Shown here: one piece after another, positions 10,489 through 20,273 of the stretch
Numbering within the stretch: position 1 is the first letter of the stretch
Layout: each line of letters begins with the position of its first letter
DNA from: Candidatus Hydrogenedentota bacterium
Lineage (GTDB): Bacteria > Hydrogenedentota > Hydrogenedentia > Hydrogenedentales > SLHB01
DNA length: 64,000 nucleotides
NCBI GenBank assembly: GCA_045863295.1
Contig: BTWA01000006.1
Coordinates: 128,697-192,696 of the forward strand
Direction: 5' to 3'
Notes under the pieces: generated by a model
What the model saw: only the letters and a program-made list of their open reading frames with translations
Databases searched by the model: none
What the model was told of the DNA's origin: nothing
Program-made: the position numbers and the translations under genes

Positions 10489-11665
10489 ACGTGGGCCCGT
10501 TCACTTCCAAGGTTAGGTCCCTCCCAATAACGGTACGAGTATTCAACTCGAAATCGGAATAATGCTTCTCCGCGAAATAGACGGCCAGCGGCCGGACTTG
10601 GCCTGTATAGCGTATTTTTAATCGAGCCAGAGTGGTGGATGCATACAAGGTGTCCACGGATTCAACATGCCAGTCGGCCTTAATCGCGCTGGCGATCTCC
10701 TCCACTCTTTCCGTGGTCCCCGGATTCTCAATGGTCAGAAACACCGATTCCCTGGCGTCGTCCAAAAACATACCCAGCACGACCGACCGGAGGATCGACT
10801 CAGGCAGTTTGGCGCAGGCATCCAGAACAGCTTGCCGGCATCCTTCCTCTGGAACCAGACTGTGGACCTTACCGCTTGCGGTGTGCGTATCGACAACCAA
10901 TCCGTCCAACGCGCGCACTACTTTGACCGTGACCGTGACACGGTTTTCATGCACTCCCTTGCCATTGGCCAACGGCTCAGAAACGGCGTGGGCACTTCCG
11001 CAGACAACCATGTCGGCCAGCAGGCCTCGTGCAACAAGACATAGCCTCTGAAGTTGGTCGTTGTTCTCAATGTCCAGCGGGGTGTCGCCGAAACGCCTTA
11101 GGACCTCATCGGCGGGCGATTGATCGAAGCGACGGCCTTTCAGTTCATCCGCGAGCGTTTGTGTGAGCAGTGGCAGCGGCGCGTTATCCCATTCCGCGCA
11201 GCGTCCGCCAATCAAGACCAACTGAGCGGGTACCATCAACGCATCCAGAGCGAGGGCTGCGGCATTTTTGCGCAGCATCTCGCTGTCCACAACCGCTTCG
11301 ACATCGACGCGAGTGGATTCTTCGGTGGTTTCTTGCTTGACGATTTGATACGTGCGGACGTACGCCTCGGCATGATCGATTATGGGGGCGAAGGTCACCA
11401 GATTGCGGCTGGGCACCCAATTCTCCAGCTCTTGCGCAACTAACGCTTTGAGGGCGTTGCCCGCGGCCTCATGCCTTGCCGCCGGTCCCAGCCCGATGGC
11501 CTCGCCAGAGACAGTCACTCGTTCGATATCCGATGGGTCAGTTACCTGTGCCACGGCGGGAAGTAATGCAAGGATTACCGCGATGGGAGCGATCCGGAAG
11601 CGCCAGTGGTAGCCGGATTGGCGAACGGATCTCAGGGAAGCCGGGCAGACCTGGCTTGGACCCAT
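10487..11665 (-). CDS. hypothetical secreted/periplasmic protein
   Basis: 392-aa ORF with a signal-like stretch FRIAPIAVILALLPAVAQV. No recognisable motifs. It is last in the minus-strand run parA-like/bactofilin/Zn-peptidase/this gene. Confidence 0.4.
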   Translation of the reverse strand: MGPSQVCPASLRSVRQSGYHWRFRIAPIAVILALLPAVAQVTDPSDIERVTVSGEAIGLGPAARHEAAGNALKALVAQELENWVPSRNLVTFAPIIDHAEAYVRTYQIVKQETTEESTRVDVEAVVDSEMLRKNAAALALDALMVPAQLVLIGGRCAEWDNAPLPLLTQTLADELKGRRFDQSPADEVLRRFGDTPLDIENNDQLQRLCLVARGLLADMVVCGSAHAVSEPLANGKGVHENRVTVTVKVVRALDGLVVDTHTASGKVHSLVPEEGCRQAVLDACAKLPESILRSVVLGMFLDDARESVFLTIENPGTTERVEEIASAIKADWHVESVDTLYASTTLARLKIRYTGQVRPLAVYFAEKHYSDFELNTRTVIGRDLTLEVNGPT

Positions 11666-11747
11666 TTCAACTCCCCTCCAAAATCACCGAACCAGCAAAA
11701 AAATCGGGGCGGCGCTCAGGTCGCACCGCCCCGGTTACACGTACCTG

Positions 11748-12467
11748 CTACTCGCGCCGCGCGGCCATAATCAAGTACAAGAGCTGGAGCACGGCACCGC
11801 ACGCAGCCGCGACATAGGTCAGCGCAGCTGCATTCAGGACTTTACGGGCGCCGTGCAGCTCGTCCTGCGTCAGATACCCGCCGTCGGCCAGGGCACGCAT
11901 TGCACGCCTGCTTGCGTCAAACTCCACCGGCAGCGTGATTAATGTAAATGCGACGGCCACGGAAAACAGACCGATACCCAGGGTCAACAGAAACGGAAAC
12001 TGTGCCTGGAAAAAGAAACCGCCGAGAATGAGGAACCACGAGAGATTCGACGTGATACCCACCATCGGCACGATCGCATTGCGCCACATGAGTGGAGCGT
12101 ACATACGCGCGTGTTGAATGGCATGACCTACTTCATGCGCTGCGACGCCCAAGGCGGCAATGCTTTGGCCTGCATAGACGCCTTCCGACAGTCGCAACGT
12201 GCGATCGCGGGGGTCATAGTGGTCGCTCAAGTGGCCCGGCACCGCCTCCAATCCCACGGCAAAACCGCGGGCGGACTTGGGGTCGTTCGAAATGGCCAAA
12301 TTCGCGTCGCGTACAATGCGGGCGGCCACTTCCGCGCCGCTCAATCCGCTTCGTGTGCCGATTTGCGAATACTTCGCGTAGGCTGCCTTGACTTTGAATT
12401 GGGCGTAAAGCGAGAGAAGAAACGCCGGCAACATCCAAAGAAGTTGATCCAAGAACATTACGGGCAT
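11748..12467 (-). CDS. membrane-associated zinc metallopeptidase (Zn_peptidase_2 / YugP-like family)
   Basis: The HEVGH zinc motif is flanked by hydrophobic helices at both termini. Size (239 aa) and layout are typical of this putative neutral zinc metallopeptidase family. Confidence 0.65.
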   Translation of the reverse strand: MPVMFLDQLLWMLPAFLLSLYAQFKVKAAYAKYSQIGTRSGLSGAEVAARIVRDANLAISNDPKSARGFAVGLEAVPGHLSDHYDPRDRTLRLSEGVYAGQSIAALGVAAHEVGHAIQHARMYAPLMWRNAIVPMVGITSNLSWFLILGGFFFQAQFPFLLTLGIGLFSVAVAFTLITLPVEFDASRRAMRALADGGYLTQDELHGARKVLNAAALTYVAAACGAVLQLLYLIMAARRE

Positions 12468-12491
12468 GGCGATACTGCTTCTACTGGACGG

Positions 12492-13100
12492 TTACTGCTG
12501 TTGTTGTTGCTGTTGCTGCTGCGCCGCCTTCTGTTCCGTCCTTTGGGCAGGCGGCCGCATGGCGCACGTACCATTGAATAGTGCACCTTCCTCAATAACA
12601 ATGCGCCGTGCCCGAATATTGCCTTGAAGGGAAGCCCCGGCCACCAGCCGTAGCGTACCACCCGTTGTCACATCACCAAATATCTTGCCGCCGATGACAA
12701 CTTGTTTTCCGGCCATAGCTTCCGCATTCAGCCGTGCTGTGCGCCCCAGTTCCAATTCCTGGGAGCATTCCACCTTGCCTTCGACGAGCCCTTCTATTTT
12801 GCAGGAACCCGCCCGGACGTTGCCGGTCACGAGAGCACTCGCGCCCAGGTATAGACGGCCATCGACGGTCACGTCTCCTTCAATCTTACCGGCAATTTCC
12901 GTTTCCGATCCGCTCATCAGATTGCCCTGAATGATGACGCCTTCGGGCACTACCATTCGCTGCAGCTTGATTGTGCGGGCACGCCGGATCGCCAAGTCAT
13001 CCGCCGTGACTTCCGGATCGTTTCCGCCTTCTTCCGCGGGCGATCGGGTGCGGCCTGTGCCCCGGCTCGATTGAATGGCATCCTGAAACGCCGCTCCCAT
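12492..13100 (-). CDS. bactofilin-family cytoskeletal protein with C-terminal poly-Gln tail
   Basis: Repetitive beta-helix pattern (IEGDVTVDGRLYLG..VTGNVRAGSCKIEGLVEGKVEC...IGGKIFGDVTTGGTLRLVAGASLQGNIRARRIVIEEGALFNG) typical of the bactofilin (DUF583) domain. It ends in QQQQQQQQQ. The start is conservatively placed at the Met at 13100; an in-frame GTG at 13253 abutting the upstream stop is also possible. Confidence 0.7.
   Translation of the reverse strand: MGAAFQDAIQSSRGTGRTRSPAEEGGNDPEVTADDLAIRRARTIKLQRMVVPEGVIIQGNLMSGSETEIAGKIEGDVTVDGRLYLGASALVTGNVRAGSCKIEGLVEGKVECSQELELGRTARLNAEAMAGKQVVIGGKIFGDVTTGGTLRLVAGASLQGNIRARRIVIEEGALFNGTCAMRPPAQRTEQKAAQQQQQQQQQ
12495..12530. repeat. CAG/CAA trinucleotide repeat (12 units) encoding the poly-Q tail
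   Basis: The plus strand reads ctgctgttgttgttgctgttgctgctgctg immediately upstream of the stop complement. It is a simple-sequence tract. Confidence 0.8.
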
Positions 13101-13255
13101 ACGGGAAAAGAGTCCGCCTTCACCGCGGCGTCCGGCCTCTGCCAATGCCTCATAGGTGTCGCCCTCTTCCACAACCGGATCCGCGGGCGGTTTGGCCTCG
13201 GGCACGGCCGGACGGGCTTGCGTGAATTTCTTGGGTTCGGAACGATCCAACACGA

Positions 13256-14239
13256 TCAAAAGTACCCCAACCGGTTCGCGATATCGACGACATTCGCCGC
13301 AATCTTGTGATTTGAATGGCTCACGACAAATGGCGTGCCTGTGTTGATGGCGTCGGGCACGCATTTGTCAAAATACATGTACCCCAGGTTCTCCGGCTCG
13401 ATCATCAACTGCTGCCGGGCGAACTTGGAAAGTATGTTCACCGCGATCTGGGCCTCGTACGTATTACGTACGCGGTTGACCACGATCTTCGGCCGGATGC
13501 TCTTTGCAATGGCCAGAATCTCGCCGCAGATCTTCTTCTTCGTGAGGTCGTCGAACAGGTCCGACTCCTTCACGCAGTGGATAAATTCACGAAGGCTTTC
13601 GTTGCGTTTCAAAAGCAACGCCACTTCCGGGCTCTGGTAAAAGCGTTCGATCCGGCGGAATAGAGCCGCCCGCAGGAATTTAAACGCATTGTCGATACTG
13701 GTCTTTTCCGGAGTGATGACCAGCACGCCACTCGTATCGGACATCAGGAAAAAGTCGAGCGTATTCAAGTGCGCGCCGGCATCGAGATCCACAATGATCA
13801 GATCCGCTTCCAACTGCCGGAGTTCCCGGATCAGCGCCACCTTCTGCTGGTATTTTGGGTTCGCCACCTCGAGCAGGCCGGTCGTCCCCGGAATCATCTT
13901 CAGATTCTCGTACTTCGTGTCGCACAGAATCCGTTGAATGTCTTTGCCGCCCCGCTGGTGGAAAAACTCATCCAGCTTGGTATCCGCCTCCACGCCTAAG
14001 ACGGTTTCCACGTTTGAACAGGTTAAATCGGCATCCACCACGATGACCCGATACCCCTTGCCGGAAACCTCGACCGCGAGGTTGACGGCAAAGCAGGTCT
14101 TCCCCACCCCGCCCTTGCCACCGCCAATGACAAGTATTTCCGGGTACTTGGGTTCTAACTGCGGAGATGCGGAAACCAGGGGTGTTTCTTCAATGAGCCG
14201 CACGTAGCGTTCTCCATAAAGCCCTGCCTGGCATGACAC
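13256..14239 (-). CDS. ParA/MinD-family P-loop ATPase
   Basis: Deviant Walker A in ILVIGGGKGGVGKT, then VVDADL and a Walker B IIVDLDAG. Length 327 aa. Its stop abuts the bactofilin reading frame. Confidence 0.8.
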   Translation of the reverse strand: MSCQAGLYGERYVRLIEETPLVSASPQLEPKYPEILVIGGGKGGVGKTCFAVNLAVEVSGKGYRVIVVDADLTCSNVETVLGVEADTKLDEFFHQRGGKDIQRILCDTKYENLKMIPGTTGLLEVANPKYQQKVALIRELRQLEADLIIVDLDAGAHLNTLDFFLMSDTSGVLVITPEKTSIDNAFKFLRAALFRRIERFYQSPEVALLLKRNESLREFIHCVKESDLFDDLTKKKICGEILAIAKSIRPKIVVNRVRNTYEAQIAVNILSKFARQQLMIEPENLGYMYFDKCVPDAINTGTPFVVSHSNHKIAANVVDIANRLGYF

Positions 14240-14485
14240 ACGAATGACTCACACTTCAGGTAAACGCTATCATACCCCACCTGCGGGAGTCAATCGATTT
14301 CCAATCCGGAATCTCGTTTAAACTCGCACGGCAATTGGATTTGGGACGGCCAGCCAAACCCTAAAAAGGTGCGGATCGGGTAAAAGCCGACACTTCGAGC
14401 ACGCCGATTGCCGTTGACGCCGTTACCTCATTCCAGATGCGCTATACTTGAGGACATTGGAGAATACCGAACCTCCGGAGGAACA

Positions 14486-15016
14486 ATGACTCCCATTGCC
14501 GGCGCAACGGTTGCCGACCGGAAAGGGCGCAACTACTGGAAATATGTACTCGGCGCCCTCGCCCTGTCCGCCGTAGGGTTCTGGTGTTTCGCCTTCTTCA
14601 CGAACATGGGCCCGTCCGCGCGCCCCGTGATCGCCTATCTTCTTTTTGCCTTGTTTGCCGTGGGAAGCGTCGGTGAAGTGCTCCGTGAAATCAGCCGTTA
14701 CCAACTTACCGAACACGGCATTGAATTGTACGCGCTGGGCTGGCGGCGCGAACGCATCCGCTGGGACCATGTGTGCGCATTGCGAACCCACAATTTCGAC
14801 CGGGCCACAAATGACCATGACGTCGATGAATTGCTCGACAAACCATTGAACTATGATTCCCGCCGGGGCGTGATCCTCACGCTCCGCAATGGCCGCGAAA
14901 TTACCCTGGAAACAGAAAGCCATCTGAACGAATTCTTCACCCTGCGCTTTATCAGCATGCATTGCCCGGCCGACTGCGTCCGCAACGGAGAATTCGCCGT
15001 ATTTCCAAACGCGTGA
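14486..15016 (+). CDS. hypothetical membrane protein (two TM helices plus PH-like soluble domain)
   Basis: The ORF shows two hydrophobic helices (YVLGALALSAVGFWCFAFF; VIAYLLFALFAVGSV) followed by a ~110-aa soluble domain. The antisense 276-aa ORF has low-complexity composition and was rejected. Confidence 0.4.
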   Translation: MTPIAGATVADRKGRNYWKYVLGALALSAVGFWCFAFFTNMGPSARPVIAYLLFALFAVGSVGEVLREISRYQLTEHGIELYALGWRRERIRWDHVCALRTHNFDRATNDHDVDELLDKPLNYDSRRGVILTLRNGREITLETESHLNEFFTLRFISMHCPADCVRNGEFAVFPNA

Positions 15017-15531
15017 CCGGCGCTCCGACCTTTCAATGCTAAAAGGAGTTTCCTGCCAGAGTCCGCACTGCGGACCAGGATTCGTGCGGTCCCTTATGGA
15101 CTGCGGCGGCAGAATCCCGCTACCCAGTGGGATGCCGACGGCACTTTGGCTCGGTGGAAGCGCGGACGCGGACAACAAATGAACGGCCCTGAATTCTGAA
15201 CGGTTCTCGGCTTCGAGAGCAAAAGCGGTGTCGACGGCTGTCGCCTTTGCCACCGCAATCCATAGAAACCCCTCTTACTTATCTGGGACCATCTGTTGCA
15301 TTTCCTTAGCGGATTGAAACAAGGGTAAATGATGGCATTACGTAGATTGCGTACTTTTTTGCAGAATGGAGTAAGTCGTCGCGATTCGCGACCAGTTCGT
15401 GTTGTGACCTTGCAGACTGTAGGTCCAAATTGGGTTCGCAACTCTCGGGTTAAAGGTTGTCTGTTTCCACTCAGCGCTATTTCTCGTAGTCAATTCGCTT
15501 CGTTGACGGCTACAACCGCTGTGGTGCGGTG

Positions 15532-15540
15532 TGCTATAAT
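15532..15540 (+). promoter_or_regulatory. extended -10 promoter element (TGcTATAAT) upstream of lipA
   Basis: A perfect TATAAT with the TG dinucleotide at -15/-14 lies ~90 nt upstream of the lipA ATG. No good -35 hexamer sits at 17 bp spacing. Confidence 0.3.
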
Positions 15541-15631
15541 TTGGAGTTGGTTGGCAAATGCCAATTACCAAAGGGTTTGTGGCCTTTGCCTCATCCCCAT
15601 TTTTCAATTTGACAGGATTCATTTGACTACG

Positions 15632-16564
15632 ATGGCTGACCCTCTTATAAAACCCGTGCCGAAGCGTTTTCCGGAGTGGATTAAGCGTGCTTGGGCGTCC
15701 GGGCAGGATTTTTCGTTCACCAAGGATTTGGTGGAGGGATTGGACCTGCACACGGTGTGCCAGAGTGCGCGGTGTCCGAATATGGCGGAGTGTTGGTCGC
15801 GGCGGACAGCGACGTTGATGATTTTGGGGAATACGTGCACGCGGGCGTGCCGGTATTGTTCCGTGCCGAGCGGGAAAGATGGCGATGCCATCGACGCGCG
15901 GGAGCCGACGCATGTGGCGGAGGCGGTGGCGAAGATGCAGTTGCGCCACGCGGTGATTACCTCCGTGACGAGGGATGATTTGCCGGACGGCGGCGCGGGC
16001 CACATTGCGGAGACTGTGCGGGCGATTCGGGCGTTGTGTCCGGCGACGACGATTGAGCTGCTGGTGCCGGATTTTCTGGGCAACGCGGCGGCGATTGATG
16101 TGGTGTTGGCGAGTCAGCCGGATGTGTTTGGTCACAACATTGAGACGGTGGAGCCCCTCTACCCCACAGTGCGCGGGAAGCGGCTAGATTACCGGGACGC
16201 GTTGCGGGTGCTGCGGCGAGCTTCGGAGCACCGCCCGGCGGTGATCGTGAAGTCGGCGTTCATGGTGGGCCACGGAGAGACAGAGGACGATATCCAGTCG
16301 ACCTTGGTGGATTTGCGGGAGGCCGGCGTCGAAGCGGTAGCCATTGGACAATACTTACGGCCTACGCCGAAGCAGCGCGAAGTGGCGGAGTTTGTTCATC
16401 CGGACCGTTTCAAAGTAATCGAAGCACTGGCGTATGAATTGGGTTTTCTCTTCGCGGTTGCTGGGCCGTTTGTGCGTAGTTCATACCGATCGGAGGAGTT
16501 GATGGATGCACCGTTCGCGCGCGATCGGCGACGAGAGGCGGCTGCCATCGTGGGAGGAGACTGA
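15632..16564 (+). CDS. lipA: lipoyl synthase
   Basis: Both Cys clusters are present: CQSARCPNMAEC (auxiliary 4Fe-4S) and CTRACRYC (radical-SAM CxxxCxxC). The ORF track's N-terminal extension before Met102 has no lipA similarity. Confidence 0.9.
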   Translation: MADPLIKPVPKRFPEWIKRAWASGQDFSFTKDLVEGLDLHTVCQSARCPNMAECWSRRTATLMILGNTCTRACRYCSVPSGKDGDAIDAREPTHVAEAVAKMQLRHAVITSVTRDDLPDGGAGHIAETVRAIRALCPATTIELLVPDFLGNAAAIDVVLASQPDVFGHNIETVEPLYPTVRGKRLDYRDALRVLRRASEHRPAVIVKSAFMVGHGETEDDIQSTLVDLREAGVEAVAIGQYLRPTPKQREVAEFVHPDRFKVIEALAYELGFLFAVAGPFVRSSYRSEELMDAPFARDRRREAAAIVGGD

Positions 16565-16567
16565 GAC

Positions 16568-16807
16568 ATGGTCCAGGAGGTGAAACTGGAGAGCTTGGGC
16601 GAAGACTCCAACGACAAGGCGACCGTGGCGTACCTGCTGGTGAAGCCGGGCGAGGCGGTCAACGAAGGCGACGATCTCCTTGAGTTGACCACGGATAAGG
16701 CGGTGTTCAGCGTGTCGAGTCCGTTTAACGGCGTTGTCGCGGGGTTCAAGGTGAATGAAGGCGACATGGTAGGTGTCGGCGACGTGTTATGCACGATTGA
16801 CGTGTGA
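16568..16807 (+). CDS. stand-alone biotin/lipoyl-attachment domain protein (lipoyl-lysine motif TDKA)
   Basis: 79 aa. EGDDLLELTTDKAVFSVSSPFNGVV...GDVLCTI matches the lipoyl-domain hairpin with the acceptor Lys in T-D-K-A. Its start is 4 nt after the lipA stop. Confidence 0.65.
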   Translation: MVQEVKLESLGEDSNDKATVAYLLVKPGEAVNEGDDLLELTTDKAVFSVSSPFNGVVAGFKVNEGDMVGVGDVLCTIDV

Positions 16808-16890
16808 CTGCGCATGGTTTGCAGATGGTATGGGTGGCGCCAGGGCGGCTTGTCCTGGCGACATTGTTGAACGGGAAGGTAAGGTAGCAG

Positions 16891-18174
16891 ATGCCCATCG
16901 GGGTTGGATTGATAGGCGCGGGGACCGTTGGCGGGGGCGTGATACAGACTTTGGCGGCCAACCGCGAAGTCATTCGGCAGCGCACCGGAGCGGACGTGGT
17001 CCTGAGGCACGCGGTGGACTTGGCACCGGAGCGGTTCGATGCGTTTCCGATGGACGGCGTGACTGTGGGCACGGATGCGATGGCGCTGATCAACGATCCT
17101 GGGGTACAGATTGTGGTGGAGTTGATCGGCGGACTGAAGCCGGCCAAGACGTTCATCCTCGAGGCACTCAAGGCGAAGAAAAATGTTGTGACGGCGAACA
17201 AGATGCTGCTTGCGCACGACGGCCCCGAGTTGGTTCATGCGGCGAAGGAGAACGGCGTCGAATTGCGGTTTGAAGCGGCGGTTGCCGGTGGAATCCCCAT
17301 TATCAAAGCGCTACGAGAAGGGTTGGTTTCGAATCATATCAAGCGCATTTACGGGATTTTGAACGGAACCTGCAACTACATCCTTTCCCGGATGTCGTAT
17401 GAGGGTCTCGATTTCGACACAGTTCTCAAACAGGCGCAGGAAAAAGGATTTGCCGAGACCCCTCCTGATCTCGACATACTCGGCCATGACACGGCGCACA
17501 AGTGCCAGATCCTCGCCTCACTGGCGTTTGGCACAGAGATCGATTTGAACGACGTGTATGTCGAAGGAATCACGGGAATTACCCATGCAGATGTGGCGTA
17601 TGCCACCGAGATGGGGTACGTAATCAAACTGCTGGCCATCATCCAAGGGGGTAATGGGTCCATTGAGGCCCGAGTGCACCCCACGCTGGTGCCGGAGGAC
17701 AAACTGCTGGCCTCCGTGCGCAACGAGTTCAACGCCATCTATGTCGAGAGCGATATTGCCGACAAGACCCTGTATTACGGACGCGGCGCGGGCCGCATGC
17801 CCACGGCGAGCGCCGTGGTGGCCGATATTGTGGATATTGCGCGGCGCGACGACAGTCCGGCGCCGGTGCCGTTCAATTACGGTCCAAAACTACCCGTGAA
17901 GGACATCGGCGATATTACCAGCCAATATTACTTGCGGTTGACGACGCACGACACTCCCGGAGTGCTCGGGCGGGTGTGCACAATATTGGGCGATCACGGC
18001 GTCAGCATCGCCTCGTGCATTCAAAAAGATCCACACGGCAGCGAATATTTGCCGGTGGTGCTTATGACACACGAAACTAAGGAATCCGCGTTGCAGGCGG
18101 CCGTCCAGCAGATCGATGGTCTCGATTCCATACCGGAATTGACGCATATGATACGCGTACTGGACGACGAGTAA
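16891..18174 (+). CDS. hom: homoserine dehydrogenase
   Basis: GLIGAGTVGGGV NAD(P)-binding N-terminus, a central catalytic domain and a C-terminal ACT domain. Length 427 aa. Confidence 0.9.
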   Translation: MPIGVGLIGAGTVGGGVIQTLAANREVIRQRTGADVVLRHAVDLAPERFDAFPMDGVTVGTDAMALINDPGVQIVVELIGGLKPAKTFILEALKAKKNVVTANKMLLAHDGPELVHAAKENGVELRFEAAVAGGIPIIKALREGLVSNHIKRIYGILNGTCNYILSRMSYEGLDFDTVLKQAQEKGFAETPPDLDILGHDTAHKCQILASLAFGTEIDLNDVYVEGITGITHADVAYATEMGYVIKLLAIIQGGNGSIEARVHPTLVPEDKLLASVRNEFNAIYVESDIADKTLYYGRGAGRMPTASAVVADIVDIARRDDSPAPVPFNYGPKLPVKDIGDITSQYYLRLTTHDTPGVLGRVCTILGDHGVSIASCIQKDPHGSEYLPVVLMTHETKESALQAAVQQIDGLDSIPELTHMIRVLDDE

Positions 18175-18230
18175 CGCATTAAATGCTGTTCTGGGCATAT
18201 CTTTGCCGGTAAGCGAGAGGAAACTGGAAA

Positions 18231-19334
18231 GTGCGTATTCAGGGGGTTATTGAACGTTACCGGGAATACATGCCGGTGAGCGAGAAGACCTGCATTATCA
18301 GTCTGAACGAGGGGTCAACCCCTTTGATTCGGGCCTATAATCTCAGTCAAGCCATCAATCCCAAGCTGGACATATGGCTGAAGTACGAGGGATTGAATCC
18401 TACCGGGTCGTTCAAAGATCGCGGCATGACCATGGCCATCACCAAGGCCGTCGAGGACGGGTTCAAGGGGGTTATTTGTGCATCGACGGGAAACACCTCT
18501 GCATCGGCAGCAGCGTATGCGGCCCGGGCGCGGATTTCCTGCGCCGTTCTGATCCCTGAGGGTAAAATCGCGCTTGGGAAGTTGAGTCAGGCGATGATCC
18601 ACGGTGCCAAGGTAATTCAGATCAAGGGCAACTTTGATGATGCTCTAGACCTGGTGCGCGAGATTACCGAGAAGCACCCGATAGCATTGGTGAACTCGGT
18701 GAATCCATATCGGATTGAGGGGCAGAAATCCGGCGCCTTCGAAATTGTCGACGACTTTGAGGGGGTCGCCCCCGATTTTCATTCGCTTCCTGTGGGCAAC
18801 GCGGGGAATATCACGGCCTATTGGAAGGGGTATAAGGAATACCATGCGGCAGGAAAATGCCGCAATCTTCCCAAAATGATCGGGTTTCAGGCGGCTGGAG
18901 CGGCCCCGATTGTGCTGGGCCACCCGGTTAAGAATCCGCAGACCTATGCCACGGCCATCCGGATCGGAAACCCGGCGAGTTGGGAAACGGCGGTGGCGGC
19001 CCGGGATGAGTCTGGCGGCGTGATCGATATGGTTACGGACGAAGAGATCGCGGCGGCGTACAAGCTGGTCGCTTCCTGCGAGGGAATCTTTGCGGAGCCT
19101 GCCAGTGCAGCCTCGATTGCCGGCTTGATTAAGTTGTCCGGTAAAAATTACTTCCAGAATGTCACACCGATTGCAGGAGACAAGATTCGAGTCGTCTGTA
19201 TTCTGACGGGCCACGGTCTCAAGGATCCGGATAGCGCGATCAAGTCTGCCGAGGCTCCCGTGACGGTAGAAGCCAATGAAGAGGCTGTTTTGGAGTCAAT
19301 GGGGCTTTTTGAAACAGTTAGCATTTCAGAATAA
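18231..19334 (+). CDS. thrC: threonine synthase
   Basis: PLP-lysine motif SFKDRGMT and the GNTSAS motif. It lies immediately downstream of hom. Confidence 0.9.
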   Translation: MRIQGVIERYREYMPVSEKTCIISLNEGSTPLIRAYNLSQAINPKLDIWLKYEGLNPTGSFKDRGMTMAITKAVEDGFKGVICASTGNTSASAAAYAARARISCAVLIPEGKIALGKLSQAMIHGAKVIQIKGNFDDALDLVREITEKHPIALVNSVNPYRIEGQKSGAFEIVDDFEGVAPDFHSLPVGNAGNITAYWKGYKEYHAAGKCRNLPKMIGFQAAGAAPIVLGHPVKNPQTYATAIRIGNPASWETAVAARDESGGVIDMVTDEEIAAAYKLVASCEGIFAEPASAASIAGLIKLSGKNYFQNVTPIAGDKIRVVCILTGHGLKDPDSAIKSAEAPVTVEANEEAVLESMGLFETVSISE

Positions 19335-19504
19335 TCCCCAAAACAGAACTGACTTAAATCACTTGAAACAAATGGAAACGTCATGGGCCACTTATGTTTC
19401 CCGAATGTGTTTCAAGTTGGTTTTCCCAGGCAAGCTTCGCTAGTTTATTTTCCTATGAGATGCATAAACTAATGTCTTTGAGTGACTTGCGAGGATAGAA
19501 GACA

Positions 19505-20167
19505 ATGCCTTATGGTCTGGTATTTGATATGGACGGAGTTTTGGCCGATACGGAGGATTTGATAGCACGCGCTTCCATAGCCATGTTTAAAGAACTTTAC
19601 AATATCGATATGATTTTTGAAGACTTTCGCCCCTTCATTGGCACAGGGGCTGTGCGTTATGTCCTTGGGCCGGCTGAGAACAAGGGGATTAGGGTCGATC
19701 TGGAAAAGGCTCTCGAAGTCCGCCTGCGCAACTTTGTAGCGCTTTTGGATGCTGGAGAATGCAAGCCTTTTCCCGGTGCCCATGCCTTGATTGATGCCGC
19801 CTATAACCATCCGGAATGGAAATTGGCGATTGCCACGTCCAGTCCCGGCCCCAAGGCGATTGAGACCCTGAACTCGGTCAACATCGATGTCACGAAATTC
19901 GACGCTTTCATTCACGGCGACCTGATTACGCACAAGAAGCCACATCCCGAAATCTACGAGACCGCGGCGAGAACCTTGGGGATTCCCCCTTCGCGATGCA
20001 TTGCCATCGAAGATGCGGTCACGGGTACCGCTTCGGCCAAGGCCGCCGGTATGACCTGCATTGCCGTGACGAACTCATTTTCACCCGAGGAATTGGCTGA
20101 GGCGGATACGATCACACATTCATTGACGGAGCTTAGCCTCGAGAGATTGGAGGGCTTTTTTCAGTAG
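19505..20167 (+). CDS. HAD-superfamily hydrolase (beta-phosphoglucomutase-like subfamily IA)
   Basis: Motif I DMDGVL. The conserved S/T of motif II, K of motif III and C-terminal EDAVTG are present. Confidence 0.75.
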   Translation: MPYGLVFDMDGVLADTEDLIARASIAMFKELYNIDMIFEDFRPFIGTGAVRYVLGPAENKGIRVDLEKALEVRLRNFVALLDAGECKPFPGAHALIDAAYNHPEWKLAIATSSPGPKAIETLNSVNIDVTKFDAFIHGDLITHKKPHPEIYETAARTLGIPPSRCIAIEDAVTGTASAKAAGMTCIAVTNSFSPEELAEADTITHSLTELSLERLEGFFQ

Positions 20168-20273
20168 TCCCTTCCAGCGTTCGCGAAGGTGCGTTTTCCC
20201 TCCTTTGTTTGGTACTGTCCAATTGCCGGTCGCGTGTGATCGATTACATCATCCATCCTGAGGAGAGCGAATC

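Noticed and set aside
14423-15253. 276-aa minus-strand ORF antisense to the 14486..15016 membrane-protein gene
   Set aside because: Its composition is low-complexity and Gly/Ala/Pro-rich, typical of the antisense frame of GC-rich coding DNA. The plus-strand frame gives clean TM helices and a compact soluble domain.
15329-15631. N-terminal 101-codon extension of the lipA ORF
   Set aside because: It has no similarity to LipA N-termini. The canonical start Met102 lies downstream of an extended -10 promoter, and the extension overlaps the promoter.
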